Source of the DNA: Oopsacas minuta
Taxonomy: Eukaryota; Animalia; Porifera
Length of the DNA stretch: 64,000 nucleotides
Assembly (NCBI GenBank): GCA_024704765.1
Contig: JAKMXF010000022.1
Location: forward strand, 573,055 to 637,054
Direction: 5' to 3'
Part shown: positions 1 to 13,722 of the stretch, piece by piece
How the letters are laid out: each line of letters begins with the position of its first letter
Position numbering within the stretch: position 1 is the stretch's first letter
Made by a program: the position numbers and the translations under genes
Notes under the pieces: generated by a model
The model's input: the letters and a program-made list of their open reading frames with translations, nothing else
Databases searched by the model: none
Told to the model about the DNA's origin: nothing

Positions 1-54
1 GTAATGAATAGAAATTACTATTATCCCCGTCAAAGTATATTTATTCATTTTTAC

Positions 55-3000
55 CTTGGCCATGTCTCCTTGAGGGGGGATAACTGGGGGTTGCGAGTTG
101 ATCCCAACCTTGAACCCAGTTGGACACCATTCTACGAACTGAACTGAACTCAGTCCTTTGATGTGTTCAATGGACTGAGTAATATCTTTAGGCACTAGAT
201 CTCCTCTGTAGAGTAAACAACAAGCCATGTATTTCCCCTCTGAAGGGTTGCATTTGATCATCTGAGTATTCTTCTCGAAGCATTCCAGAGTCAGTTCTTT
301 AGCAGAGAACATGCTTTTAGCAGCCTTACTGCTTGAGATTATAGGCGCATAGGATGAGAGAGGGTAGTGGATTCTAGGAAAGGGAACCAAATTTGTCTGA
401 AATTCATTCAAATCCACATTCAATTGACCTAAATAGAATAATTATCTATTAGTATGTATACTATTGAAATATAATTATTGCTAATATGCTCTGGTATCAT
501 AATACTGACCAGCAAATCTCAAAGATGCTGTGATGGAAGATACAATCTGACAAATCAGACGGTTGAGGTTTGTATAAGCTGGCCTCTCAATGTCCAAATT
601 GTTCTTGCATATGTCGTATATTGCTTCATTGTCAAATAGGAAGCTACATGTTGCGTGCTCCAGTGTGGAGTGAGTTGTATGGATGGCATTGTATGGCTCC
701 ACTACTGCAGTACTGACTTGAGGAGCTGGGTAAACAGCAAACTCTAGTTTGTCTTTTTTCCCATACTAAAGATACATATCAATTAATCATATAACAGCAA
801 TACAATTATACAAGTAATCGTTGATTCTGTATTACAAAATAACTTACTTCATTGTGCAGCTCGGACATGAGAAGACTAGTGAATCCTGATCCAGTGCCTC
901 CTCCAAATGAATGGAAGATTAGGAATCCTTGTAACACACTACACTGTTCAGTCAGTTTCTTAATCTGCTTCAATGCAGGCTCTTGCATGTTCCTACCAAC
1001 AGTATAGTTTCCACGAGCGTAATTATTCGCTGCATCTTCCTTCCCCGAAATCAGTTGATTTGGGTGATACAGCTTGCGGTATGGCCCGCTTCGGATGTTG
1101 TCTGTTAAATGCAATCCAATTATAATACATTAATAGATAATTTCCAATTACTGTACAGGGTGGCTCCAAAGTTCTGATACAAAATCATGATTAATATACA
1201 ACCATTATCAGGAAGTATTCTCAATGGTGTGCTCTCCCATGACATACCTTATACGCTTCCTAACAAATATTATTTCAATTTAGTGTATTCTATTTCGAAA
1301 AAAATTGTGATTGACCATGGAATCTGAGAGGTCAGCAATTATTGAGTTGCATATGGCGGGGAAAAGTCCATCAGAAATTTTGAAACTGCTGAATATTGCA
1401 AAAAGGACGTAGGGCATTTATCTACAGGACGATAAATCGATATAAGGAAACTGGGGACACTGTAGACAAGCCGAGATCTGGTCGTCCATGCTCTGTAACG
1501 ACCTCAGCTCTCAAGAAAGTGGTGCGAGAACGGATTCGGCGGAACCCACACCATTCGATGAGGAAAATGGCCTTGGAGCTCAATATATCTCGCCGAGCAA
1601 TACAAAAGGTTGTCAAAAGGGACCTAGGAATGCGCTCTTTTAAACGCAAAAAGGTACAATTCCTATCTGGGTCGGTGAAAGAAAAGAGAGTGTCCCGGAG
1701 CAAGAGCCTACTTGCTCTACACGCTATTGGAGTTCTCGAAAATACCATTTTCTCAGATGAGAAAATTTTCACCATTGAAGAGGCTACAAATAGCCAAAAC
1801 AACAGAGTCATCTCGACCTCAGTTTCAGCGATCCCTGATAAGTTCAGATATATCAGTCGGATGAAGAAACCACTGTCGGTGATAGTTTGGGCTGGGGTCT
1901 CTGCTGTTGGTCGGACACCACTGATTTTCATCCCCCCAGGAGTGAAAATCAATGCCAAAACATACCAAGAGCTTGTATTAGAGCCTGTGGTAAAAGGTCT
2001 GAGCCAGACCATGTTTTCTGGACAGCAATTTGTCTTCCAACAAGATTGTGCTCCCGCCCATACGGCCAATACGACCCAAGATTGGCTGAAGCACAATATT
2101 CCCAATTTTATACATAAGGATGAATGGCCACCATACAGTCCCGATTTAAATCCCATGGACTATTCTGTATGGTATATCTTGGAAAACAAGGCTTGTTCTG
2201 TGTCACACAACACAGTTAGCTCTCTAAAGATTTCCTTGTGTCGAGAATGGGAGAAGATGCCCCAAGAAACTCTGCGTGCCGCAGTAGAAGGATTCCCGAA
2301 CAGACTCAGGGCTGTCATTTCCAAAAAGGGTGGTTATATTGAATAAATGACTAGGCAATCTCTTCCTAATAGTATGTATTAATTATATATAGAGAATCAA
2401 TAATGTAGGTCATGCTGAATAAATATTATAGACAAAATGGTTTGTATCAGAACTTTAGAGCCACCCTGTATATTTTACAAGTAATGAATTAATTCTACTT
2501 TACTCACCTATAACTGAAGGTTCCAAGTCGATAAATATAGATCGAGGTACGTACTGTCCAGCGCCAGTATGGTTGAAGAAAGTACTTAGTGATTCTTCTT
2601 TACCACCCGTAGTATCTTCGGGTAGACGTCCAGTGGGTTCTAGCCCATGTTCCAGACAGTATAATTCCCAACAAGACTCTCCAATCTGACACCCGGCTTG
2701 TCCAATATGAATCGAGATTACTTCGCGCTACAAAATCAAAATCCATTTCATAAATTTTTAACAGTTTTTGATTAGATTTATTGTAAACCAATTAATAAAC
2801 CAATTATTATGATTTAAGATTTCCCAGAATTAATCTATTGTTTCTGCTACATATATGCTATCATATTTGTGGACTGTTACACAATTCCAGACTTGTTATT
2901 CGAACCTAACCTATAGGACATCACTTGTATTTGCAAATGAACTATCTTGTGATATCCAACAACATCTCTGCCCATTCAACTTACTGGTAATTCTTACTCA

Positions 3001-3617
3001 TGTATACATGTGTGATATTGTGAAGGAATTATTATTATTATATTTCTATAATTGTAATTCTATAGCTAACATTAATAATTCCAGAATTCTAATATAATCT
3101 ATGATGTCATATCTCAATTGTTGCTTGTCTGATTGTCCGTTGTCAAGGAAAGGAAAGCTGGTATGCAATTTTGAAATTCTCGCAAAACTATGTATTTATT
3201 GTATTTTTCAAGGAAGTAAATAGAATTCAATAAAACTGCACGAAATATATCGAACATGCTGAATCCGAATTTCCCATTTTCAAGTCTCATATTCGTAAAT
3301 ATATTGTTGTATTTATGAATATATAGTAGTAAACAAATTTCAAAATTGAGGTAGAATCATACTTTCAACGACTATACTGATATACTCGAGTATGCTGAGT
3401 GTTAATATTGTAAACAACATCAATTTTAATAAATCTCAATTATTGTTTGTCTGAGTATTTGTCCATTGAATACCTCGAGGCGCAATGTGACGAGTTCATC
3501 GCGAAGCGACCAGCCAAAGGTTCGTAATTATTAAGTTCGAATCTTGTTAAAAAATAGTGATTTCTGGTGAATCGTATACAATTTGAGGTCAAATATTTTG
3601 TAAAACAAACTCACCAT
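55..3617 (-). CDS. Divergent alpha-tubulin A, multi-exon; last exon lies beyond the left edge of the window
   Basis: Exons (minus): 3617-3615 (ATG only, then GTGAGT), 2727-2508 ([27 protein letters not shown]), 1101-848 ([14 protein letters not shown]...[10 protein letters not shown]), 765-510 (YGKKDKLEF...VEPYN), 428-55 ([23 protein letters not shown]...[14 protein letters not shown]). All junctions are GT-AG and in phase; alpha-tubulin signature motifs present. Confidence 0.9.
1156..2468 (+). mobile_element. Full-length Tc1/mariner-superfamily DNA transposon, DD37D (maT) family, in tubulin A intron 2
   Basis: 28-bp TIRs CAGGGTGGCTC(C/T)AAAGTTCTGATACAAA (1 mismatch), TA target duplication at 1154-1155 and 2469-2470, length 1313 bp. 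Catalytic triad IFSDEK / QQDCAPAH / SPDLNPMD with 37 residues between the 2nd and 3rd Asp. Confidence 0.95.
1317..2346 (+). pseudogene. maT transposase (~342 aa) with a single +1 frameshift in an A5 run near 1400
   Basis: ATG at 1317 reads [29 protein letters not shown] and then hits TAG. Removing one A from GCAAAAAGG joins it to the 1396-2346 ORF ([17 protein letters not shown]...SRSGRP HTH, DDD core). Could be a real lesion or a homopolymer error. Confidence 0.8.
3105..3525 (-). repeat. Dispersed ~450-bp repeat, copy 1 (in tubulin A intron 1)
   Basis: Reverse complement matches 58750-59215 at both ends (CTCGAGGCGCAATG...GAGTTCATCGCGAAGCGA...AGCCAAAGG; CTTGTCTGATTGTCCGTTGTCAAGGAAAGG...AATAGAATTCAATAAAACT). 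Confidence 0.75.
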
Positions 3618-4849
3618 TTTATTGATGAAATAATAAAGTAAAGAATATCTTACAAGTAGCCAAGGATTGTAGAAATATTGTAATTCTACAATTGCCACTG
3701 TTTGTTCAGTATTTATATAAAACCCTATATTGGATTCTGTAGTATTCTCTCCATATATTATTATAATATCATAATACAAATTGAATCTATTAGCCTAGTG
3801 GCTAGCAACCCTTTATTGTCTGATATATTATTCTCCGAATCCTAAAGTTCTATTGAATAGCTTCATAGTGTTCTCGCTGCCAGGCTCTGAACATTCCACA
3901 GCTTCACTAAATATATAGAATCCTATTTAATTACATTATACCATAAATGCAAAGGTTTTACACCTGTAATAATTATCACCTTATAAACATAATACTATTA
4001 CAAAGCTAAAGTCTAAAATATGGATATACAATTTGTCTCCAGGCATGTCCATTGGAATGTAGTTTCTTTATATTAATAATACATTCGAGGTAGTAATTAG
4101 AGTAACAATTAGTACAATTACAATCTAAGTTAATATAATTGTTGCAACCACAATGATCTAAAGGAATAAACTAAACTAATATTGCTTTTGAAAGGAAGAG
4201 GAAATTTGACATTTTTCGTTTCGAGCTATGTGTCTATTAATATTTATATAGGCGACTCGCTTGCAGTTTGGGGATCTCGGCCACTAAAATATTCCTTATC
4301 TTAAAACTGGAGACTATAATTTACTAACTAAACCAGTAAACCCTCGATTATCCCAAACAGCAGGAATTATGTTTAGTTTAGGAAAATTGTACAAATTTTT
4401 GGTGCTTCTGACTACTCTATTACTAGTCTTTTGAATGCTGTCGTGGTATTAGGCCTTATTGTCATTAATATACAGTAAATATACTAAATTTCAAAATCCA
4501 AATCTTCATGTATCATCCCGCAGTGAATTTCATGCATCAAAATACACTATTTCAGTTATCCGAACAACATATTTGAAATTCAAAGACGAAGGTTCGGATA
4601 ATCGATGGTGTACTGACTGCAAATATCATCCCAATAGCTACTCCAGGAGCCAATTTCTCATGGAATTAATGAATGAATTACTAACTAGAAGTTAAATAAC
4701 CCAGGATACATACAATCACTTTTCTGAATATTTGTGTAATTCTGCCATATTAATGAATGTAGATTGAGTACGAACGTAATACTATTACAATTATTAAATG
4801 TAGTCTGTGGCAACTCTTTGTAAATTATTCCGTTTTAAATTTCATACGA

Positions 4850-5100
4850 ACCTTTGGCTCGTCGCATTGCGCCTCGAGTTATCCATTATTATCCAAATTG
4901 ACGGCCCCTTTGAGTATTATAACATAGATATATTAAAAACAATATAATTCACAAATATACGTATATGGCATATATATTATTGAATTATTTTGTACGATCA
5001 ACCCCCTTTGTAGCCATTGAGAGCAAGTATCTACGTAAATCTTGAGATTTTGCTAATTTGTTTACTTTATATCCATAAAAACAACAATAATTTACATATG
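4850..5100 (+). repeat. Dispersed repeat, copy 2 (partial)
   Basis: Near-identical to 58760-59030 (CTCGAGTTATCCATTATTATCCAAATTGACGGCCCCTTTGAGTATTATAACATAGATATAT...). Confidence 0.85.
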
Positions 5101-5265
5101 AGTTACTTGGAAATGCGAAATTCGGAGTCAGCGTACTGTGTTGCCCCTATGGAGCCGTTTAGAGCAAGCCCGTAGGTATATTTCGAGATTTGGCTAATTT
5201 TGTTTACTTTTTTGAATTAAACTTTGCATAGGAAAATTGTAGTTCGTAGAGTTCTCCTACTCCTA

Positions 5266-5406
5266 TAGTGGAAACCGCATATTAGCAACTTTTTCATGGA
5301 CATAAAGTGCAATTTTGTATGGTAATTAATGAGTATAATAGCAAAATTCTTATGTTAGTAAGGAAATTCTTGCAAAATACGATTTGCTAATAGACGGTTT
5401 CCACTG
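5266..5406. mobile_element. MITE (Tc1/pogo-like), ~141 bp
   Basis: Inverted ends TAGTGGAAACCGCATATTAGCAA / TTGCTAATAGACGGTTTCCACTG; TA on the left flank only. Confidence 0.6.
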
Positions 5407-6386
5407 CATTTCCATTTTGCTCAGAATATCAGTAAATATTTATGGATATCAACTATCTAGAAACCTGATGGTATGGTATATAGGATGAGATCCTTGTTTC
5501 GATGTCAATTCTCGGAATATTATTACTGTGCCGAATATACTATATATATATATACTATAGTGGCGTGTGTTCGCTCTCCTGCTCACACCTAAAGAGATTA
5601 ACAATTTGTTATGTGTATTCGTAGTGATCTAGTTATGCACCCGACATTTGAAATTTTCTTTTGTGTATATTTTCACACTTTTAAGGTGATTAATAATATT
5701 TCCATACATTTCTATACAAAATCAAAAGCTGCTAGAGATTAGGTTTCAAAGGTTCGACAGTAATATATGGGTAATTAAGTACGCTGAATCCGAATTTCGT
5801 ATTTTAAGTTTCTCATATTGTTTTTATGAATGTAAAGTAATAAAATGTTTGAAATCTTGAATTATACTTAGAGAGTAGCTGTCAACAGACATATAGGGGT
5901 AACAAAGTATCCTGAATCCGGTGGTCTAAGGGAAAATTACGTCGGTACAGACGGTGATTTGAGATTTTATTATTATCATATACATAGAGATCCCAGCAGG
6001 GTTGGCAACTATAGCCAAGATAATCCTTTGAATAAAAAGTTTGATTACTATTAGATAATTAGCATACGTAGTTAATGGTAGGAGGAAGCTAGATTGATTT
6101 AGACTACTGCAACATAAGACATAAATCTATTTTTAATTAACCTCCAATTGATTTAACCCCACATCTGTTCAATAATATTTTAAGCAAAAGTACGCATCAT
6201 AGAAATCCTACTCATTGATAGAGAAATTGTGTATTAACTTGTTGAAATACAATAGCTTAGCATTAGGTGCATATATAGGGTCTATGCATAGGTTAATAAA
6301 TATCCAAATCGAATTTAGTATAATATTGTATCGAAGAGGACTATGATACACATATAATCTCTCAACTGATCTTTATATAAGATAAT

Positions 6387-8747
6387 ATGGTAAGTTCTAC
6401 CAATTATATTTTATTTATACAATAACCTGCAATCCGAAACTCGGAGGCAAAGAGAAAATGTGGGATTTTAATAAGGTCTTATAGCTCTTCTGTAAAGACA
6501 AATAGTGTCGTTTCGGGAGAATATTCGGAGTATGTATGCATTATGCAGTTTCCATTGTACACGTCGATCAATAGATCGAAAGTACAGAGATCCATTTCAC
6601 TCTATTACGAAAGATTAACCGAAAAATATGATTAATCATATACATCCTTAAAACAATTATGAATTATGAAATATAAACGTATATATATTTATGCTGAAAG
6701 AATCACTGAATACCAGTGAAGTAAATGAATTATTTAGCGAGTGGATGCTCCAGAGATATATATGGGGGCTACCTAACTGAAAACCTGCCAACTCACTTAT
6801 GAATAATCAAGATATAAGTTACTAGGCTGATTTGTAGAAGATAGTTAAATACTCATAGATATATTTGATTACGTTATCCCTTAGCGAGAAATAATATCTA
6901 TACACATTGGACAAGCTGGATGTCAGATCGGAGAGGCTTGTTGGGAGCTGTACTGTTTAGAGCACGGACTGGATGAGAACGGTTGTCTGACAGACCCTCT
7001 ATCCAACATAATCGGAGAAGACTCAATCAACACATTCTATAATGAACTATCCAATGGACAGTATGTCCCTAGAGCTGTGTTTATGGATCTGGAACCTTCA
7101 GTAATTGGTATTTTACTATTTATTCAGGGATAATCCGCTTTACCGAATAATAAATTTGATGGGCATTTAAGTTTGTTGTGTAATTACTCGGTTATCTATC
7201 CTTAGACAAGGTTCGAAAAGGTCACTACTCTAACATGTACAACCCAAGCCAATTGATATCGGGCAAAGAAGATGCATCTAACAACTACGCTAGAGGTCAT
7301 TACACAGTAGGAAGATTACTAATTGACACTGTGATGGATGAAACTCGGAGGATTGTTGAACAATGCAACTGTTTGCAAGGATTTCTCATATTCCACTCTT
7401 TCGGGGGAGGCACTGGATCTGGATTCACTAGTCTGTTTTTAACAAAACTAATGGTTGATGTGAGTGCTAAAATTCGTGGTTGTAATCCATAATACTTAAT
7501 GGCAAATGTATTCGTTTAGTATTTGAAAAAAGATAAAGTTGAGTGTGGCATTTATCCATCGTCCCGAATAAGCACTGCAATGGTAGAGCCCTACAACACA
7601 ATACACACTGCTCAAGCATCAATGGACTATGCTACTTGTAGTTTGTTATTTGATAATGAAGCTGTATACAATATATGTCAATATAATTTGGATATAGAGA
7701 GACCTTCATATATCCATTTAAACAAACTCATTAGTCAAATCGTATCTTCTACAACAGCATCTATCAGATTTGGAGGTTAGGAATAGTTTAGCTTTAGACT
7801 ACAGAGTAATATTATTTATTCTATCTATTAATAGGCCAGCTAAATATTGACTTAAACGAGTTACAAACGAATCTGGTACCATTCCCTCTCATTCACTACC
7901 CTATATCCTCATATGCGCCTATAGAATCTAGAGTTAGACATACTGGAACTCATTTGTCTAACGATCTCACTTTGGAATGTTTTCAAAAGAACAATCAAAT
8001 GATTGAATGCGATCCTCTAACCGGTAGGTACATGGCGTGTTGTCTATTATACAGAGGTGATATTCTACCTAATGATATTACTCGCTCCATTGAGCATATC
8101 AAAGAATTGAACTCAATAAAGTTTGTTGAATGGTGTCCAACCGGATTCAAGGTAGGAATTAATTCTCAACCTCCAGTATTCCCTCCAGGCGGAGATATGG
8201 CTAAAGTAAGTACATTATTACAGTATACTCTTTGTCTAAAAAGAGGTATCCAAATCCAATTCTGCTGCGGATTAATATGCAGGTTCCGAGCACTTCGTTA
8301 TAACAAGAGTTTATTTCATATAATATTACGATATTACTATACTACACATGACCCGAACTATTCGCTAATAGGTACGATATAATATTTAATTGGTACTTGG
8401 CTAGTCGGATTAGCGAGGCTCTACTGTAATGAGTCTAGCCTATACAAATTTTAATAATTTATACAATTATTTTCTTGGTTGTACTTGTTATTATTTAGAT
8501 AGATCGCTCAGTATGTTTATTAGCAAACAACACAGCAATTACTTCACCTTGGAACCGAATAAATGAGAAGTTCGACAGAATGTTTGCAAAGAGGGCATTT
8601 GTGCACTGGTATATTGGGGAGGGAATGGAAGAAGGCGAATTTATAGAGGCAAGGGATAACCTAGAAACACTTGTTAAAGAGTATATTGAGGCTGGAGGAA
8701 TGAAGGATGGAGATGGTGGGCTCTTTGATGACGTTGATGAATATTAA
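6387..8747 (+). CDS. Divergent alpha-tubulin B, 6 exons, 451 aa
   Basis: Exons 6387-6389 (ATG|gtaagt), 6885-7107, 7206-7459, 7520-7775, 7835-8205, 8499-8747 sum to 1356 nt in frame. Motifs [63 protein letters not shown]-terminal DDVDEY. Confidence 0.92.
8221..8426. mobile_element. Degenerate pogo-like MITE in tubulin B intron 5
   Basis: TA-CAGTA... left end and ...TACTG-TA right end with weak further complementarity; explains why this intron is longer than its neighbours. Confidence 0.35.
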
Positions 8748-9292
8748 ACAATTCTTACCAACCCCTACAAATATCAGCTTGTTGACTCAAATAATTGATA
8801 CAAAACTATTCATAAATAACAATTGAATAAATTTTACAAATGTTCTGAATTATATTAAAGTGGATATTATTTTAAAATAATTCCAATCCTTTCAAAGTAT
8901 TAATCAGTTTACTAGGAAATAGGAATAATGTAAAGATCTAAGCTTTAATTTTGAGATTATATGACAAATGGAAAATTTCGAATTTTAACATTAATGAAAA
9001 TAAAGCATATTTTAGCCCAGGAAACAATCGAGTGTTATCAGTAATAAAATTGTAATAATCCCAAACCAGTATTCTCGCATATCAACCAACTATCATTTGA
9101 TGAATAAATTAAATTTTGATTTACAGCACTTGCTTCTAATTTTCGCAGCTTTCCATTCTAATTAATTATTAAGAGATTTAAATTTAATTAAATAGGATTA
9201 ATTGTAGTTTTAATTGTCATAATCACCTAAAAGCTAACAAATATACATAAATTACCAAGTAATACAACTCAAACACGCCAGTAGCTGGAAGC

Positions 9293-10444
<1,152 letters not shown>

Positions 10445-10586
10445 TTATTGGTTTAGTGAAGAAAGTGAAATTTGAATCTTGAGATAGTAAAGCAACATCG
10501 GTTCCTGACTACTTATAAGAAAATTGGAAGCACAAAGTACACGAAAATGCCTATATATGGTAAAAACTTATAACCCAGATTGAGAT

Positions 10587-10614
10587 AAATTATCTCCATA
10601 TATGGAGATAATTT
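10587..10614. promoter_or_regulatory. Perfect 28-bp palindrome centred on a canonical CArG box, upstream of actin
   Basis: AAATTATCTCCATATATGGAGATAATTT: CC(A/T)6GG core at 10596-10605, AGATAA on each arm. A one-mismatch CArG (10551-10560) and a TATAAG-like box (~10513-10518, minus) lie between it and the ATG at 10423. Confidence 0.7.
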
Positions 10615-11189
10615 GAGCAAAAACTTGATGCACCAAATTTTGAATTAAAAGCAATTTTGAACATAAGAATATCAATTACATGTAAGATAATGTGTTACCA
10701 ATAATGAACTTAGAGTTTGAAGTACAGCAAAATGGATGAGTGCATCAAATTGCAATTACACGAGGTAACGACTAGTTAATCAAATTTGTATTTTCTGATT
10801 AATTTAATTGGAAAACAGATAGATCTCAGACAATTTTAAATTTCTTCTATGGCCTGGACCATCTGGTCTTGGATAATTTTTTAAGACATTTAGGAAAGGC
10901 TCCGTACTTATTTACGAAACGGCAAAGGGAGTGTATATATATTTATTGTACGAAATATAAATTTTAGCGATCTTCACGTTTGAACAAACACCAATAAAAA
11001 TTTTGTAATTATATAGCAAATGTATTATTTACGTTTGTTTCACATTAGGTTGTTTGAACACGCAGAATCAGCTAATATAATAATTAATAAATAATGATTT
11101 AAGAGAATTTAGATTTCTTTACAATAAACATATACAATGCAGCAAAGGATTTTTCCGAAATTATCCCAGCTTGTACTATATCTTACATC

Positions 11190-11433
11190 CAGGGAGGCCG
11201 GATGGATTATGAGTAGTGGTTATCATATATTTATAATTCATAAAATCTCAATCCATTGATTTGGATGGATTTGGATTTGCAGATTCAAAACCCATAGGTT
11301 TCGAATGGATTGGTTCTCGAAAATCTAAATAATCCATCAGATCCATGAAATTTGTAGATTTTAAATGGATTTGATTTGATGTTTGTATTCCATACGAATT
11401 TGGATTATGATTTGAATACATCCGGGCCCTCTG
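11190..11433. mobile_element. Putative MITE with imperfect 15-bp TIRs and internal GGATTT/AAATCC motifs
   Basis: CAGGGAGGCCGGATG ... CATCCGGGCCCTCTG; no clear TSD found. Confidence 0.4.
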
Positions 11434-13722
11434 CTCCCACCTAAATATTTCTATATACAGCCCAACCATTGTTTTTCTAGCCATTTTCCAGGCAATCAAC
11501 CAATAGTTAGAACAAAACAATGAAAATACTCCCAAGGTTAATGATATAGGTGCCCGAAAGTTCCTCCAGCGGACACCAAATATTCCTAAGCCGCGCAGCG
11601 CAAGCAAGTCCTGCGGCATGTAAGATTGATATCTCCCAATGCCTTGAATAGATTTACGCACATTGTAGTTTATACAATGAATTATTTCTCTAAAAAATTA
11701 TAATGAGCCTTTCCTTGTATTGCATGGGTGTTACATGCAAATAATTTTGCTATTCTCTCTTGTGGATTTCTGAGCTATATTAGCTGAAGTTTGCTACCGA
11801 ATTAATTAATACTCCCTATACAACTACTAGAATAATTTCTTACATTTAATTTGATATCAGCTAATACACTCCCTTGTAACACGATCTAGCTGGCACTGAA
11901 TATTCATTATTGGTAAGATAGAATTAAGATACGCCTTGAAGGAGGAGAATGTAAGTAAGATCTGAAACTTAACTTACGTAGAACACTAATGAAATAATTC
12001 ATTGGTTTAACTCCATTCAAACTGATTAAATTCATTGCCGTAAGATAATGAATGATTACGGTAAATTTGAAATCTGTGCGTGAGTTGTTCAATTATTTAG
12101 AGTTTTGCCTAAATAAAATATCATTGATATAGGTTGGATATAACAGCGTATATTTTTACCATATTAGGAAATATTGCTGAATTGTTCCTAGAACAATTTT
12201 AGATAATTAGTTCGGCTGTTGCTTGATGCGATCAGATAGAAACAAATTAAACACCATTTCATGATTTCTAATTAGAAATCTTTCTCCAATTTAAATTTCA
12301 CTAAAATACAAATATGTACATGACAAAGTAAATAAATTTCATACACATTATTGATATCATATATGATATTCCTATTTCTTGCGATGCTTTGCAAACGTTT
12401 GAATGGCGGTTTGAGTCAGTAACACTCTTTCTAGCGTCTATCATAGCATATTAATGAATATCAGAGTTATCCGCAATTCAAGACAAATCTTTGATTTGAC
12501 TCAAGTTGCCAGCTAATACATAAATCCGAAAATAAAAACATTAGATAACCCGGTGTTAAAGTGAAAATGTCCCCCAATCATTATTCACTAGCGTATAATG
12601 CATACTTACGAACGCCTTGTAACTATTTCCCTGAATATTTCTCGAAAATCTTAGATTTTCAAAAGTTCCCTGCATTTAGAAATTTTTCCGATGAATCATA
12701 TGTAAAATCCCTAGTGGATAATGTTCGCCCGAACACTATTCGCTGTTACATCATAACTCACTTACCCTCAATGACTGTGTAAAAAGCCCTATATCCAAGA
12801 GAGGGTGATCCCATCAGTATTTTGGACAGTATACGAGGTAAACTGAAAGGATATATCTAAAACAACCAAATGGATGTTTGAAGATACATTATTATCTCTT
12901 TGCTTCTCCCATCACTGGTGTGTGGCCGAGACGCTTTCAAGCTGTAATTTCACTTACATATTATCAGCTGATATTATAATTGGCCAATACTTTACCTGTG
13001 TTTAGGTCGCAAGTGAACTATTTCTCCTTGCACTACCCACATAGGTTAAATTAACTGAAGACGACAATAAATAATTACAATTGATATCACCACATACCAT
13101 TCACGTTTCATTTTGAATTTTTTACTAAATAACTTCACACTCACCAACCTTCCATGGACCCCTGAATTACCTGGGATTTAGTTTGTTTCACTGAGTTATT
13201 TTGTGAATTTGTCAACTACGAAGTCAATAACTACTTGTTACCATAGCAATAGCATTGTGTTACCGAACAATGATCAATAAGTTATTCTTCCGAATTAGAT
13301 TATAAATGGACCTCTCAAGAATAAATCCGGATAATTACTGGTGAGTCTACATTATTCGTTAGTAGACTCAGCTTAAGGCATCGCTATTGTGAAACTTTTC
13401 CAGCAAGGATTGTTAATCCCATAGAGATAATACAAATATTTCTGTACTACCAAGTGACGCCCTGAAAGGCTGTATCAACTCATTTTCCTGAATGAGTTGG
13501 TAGTTATCGAATGAATGAGTTGACAACGCAAATCAGGCCAGGAGGTATGAAAAGTAGGTATATTATCTGTTTCAATTCATTTATGAAAACTACACGCGAT
13601 TATTACCAAATAATCTCAGTATCAAATAGATAGTATGAGAAAAGGGCGGTTACATATACGTGAAGTTAATCATTAAATTTAAACAATAAGCAAGAGGATA
13701 ATAATAATGCATCAGATAAGTC

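Noticed and set aside
481-1114. Apparent premature stops in tubulin ORF fragments (also 7235-8382)
   Set aside because: The stops fall inside GT-AG introns; spliced frames are intact, so these are not pseudogenes.
1422-2156. 244-aa minus-strand ORF
   Set aside because: Antisense shadow of the maT transposase; no recognisable motifs.
11248-11661. 137-aa minus ORF
   Set aside because: Runs through a MITE and a repeat-derived hairpin; no domain recognised.
12159-12168. CCATATTAGG CArG box (and CCATATATGG at 31896-31905)
   Set aside because: A few CC(A/T)6GG matches are expected by chance in 64 kb of AT-rich DNA, and there is no supporting context.
13237-13250. RFX X-box-like GTTACCATAGCAAT
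   Set aside because: One mismatch, and it lies downstream of SPOP far from any ciliary gene start.
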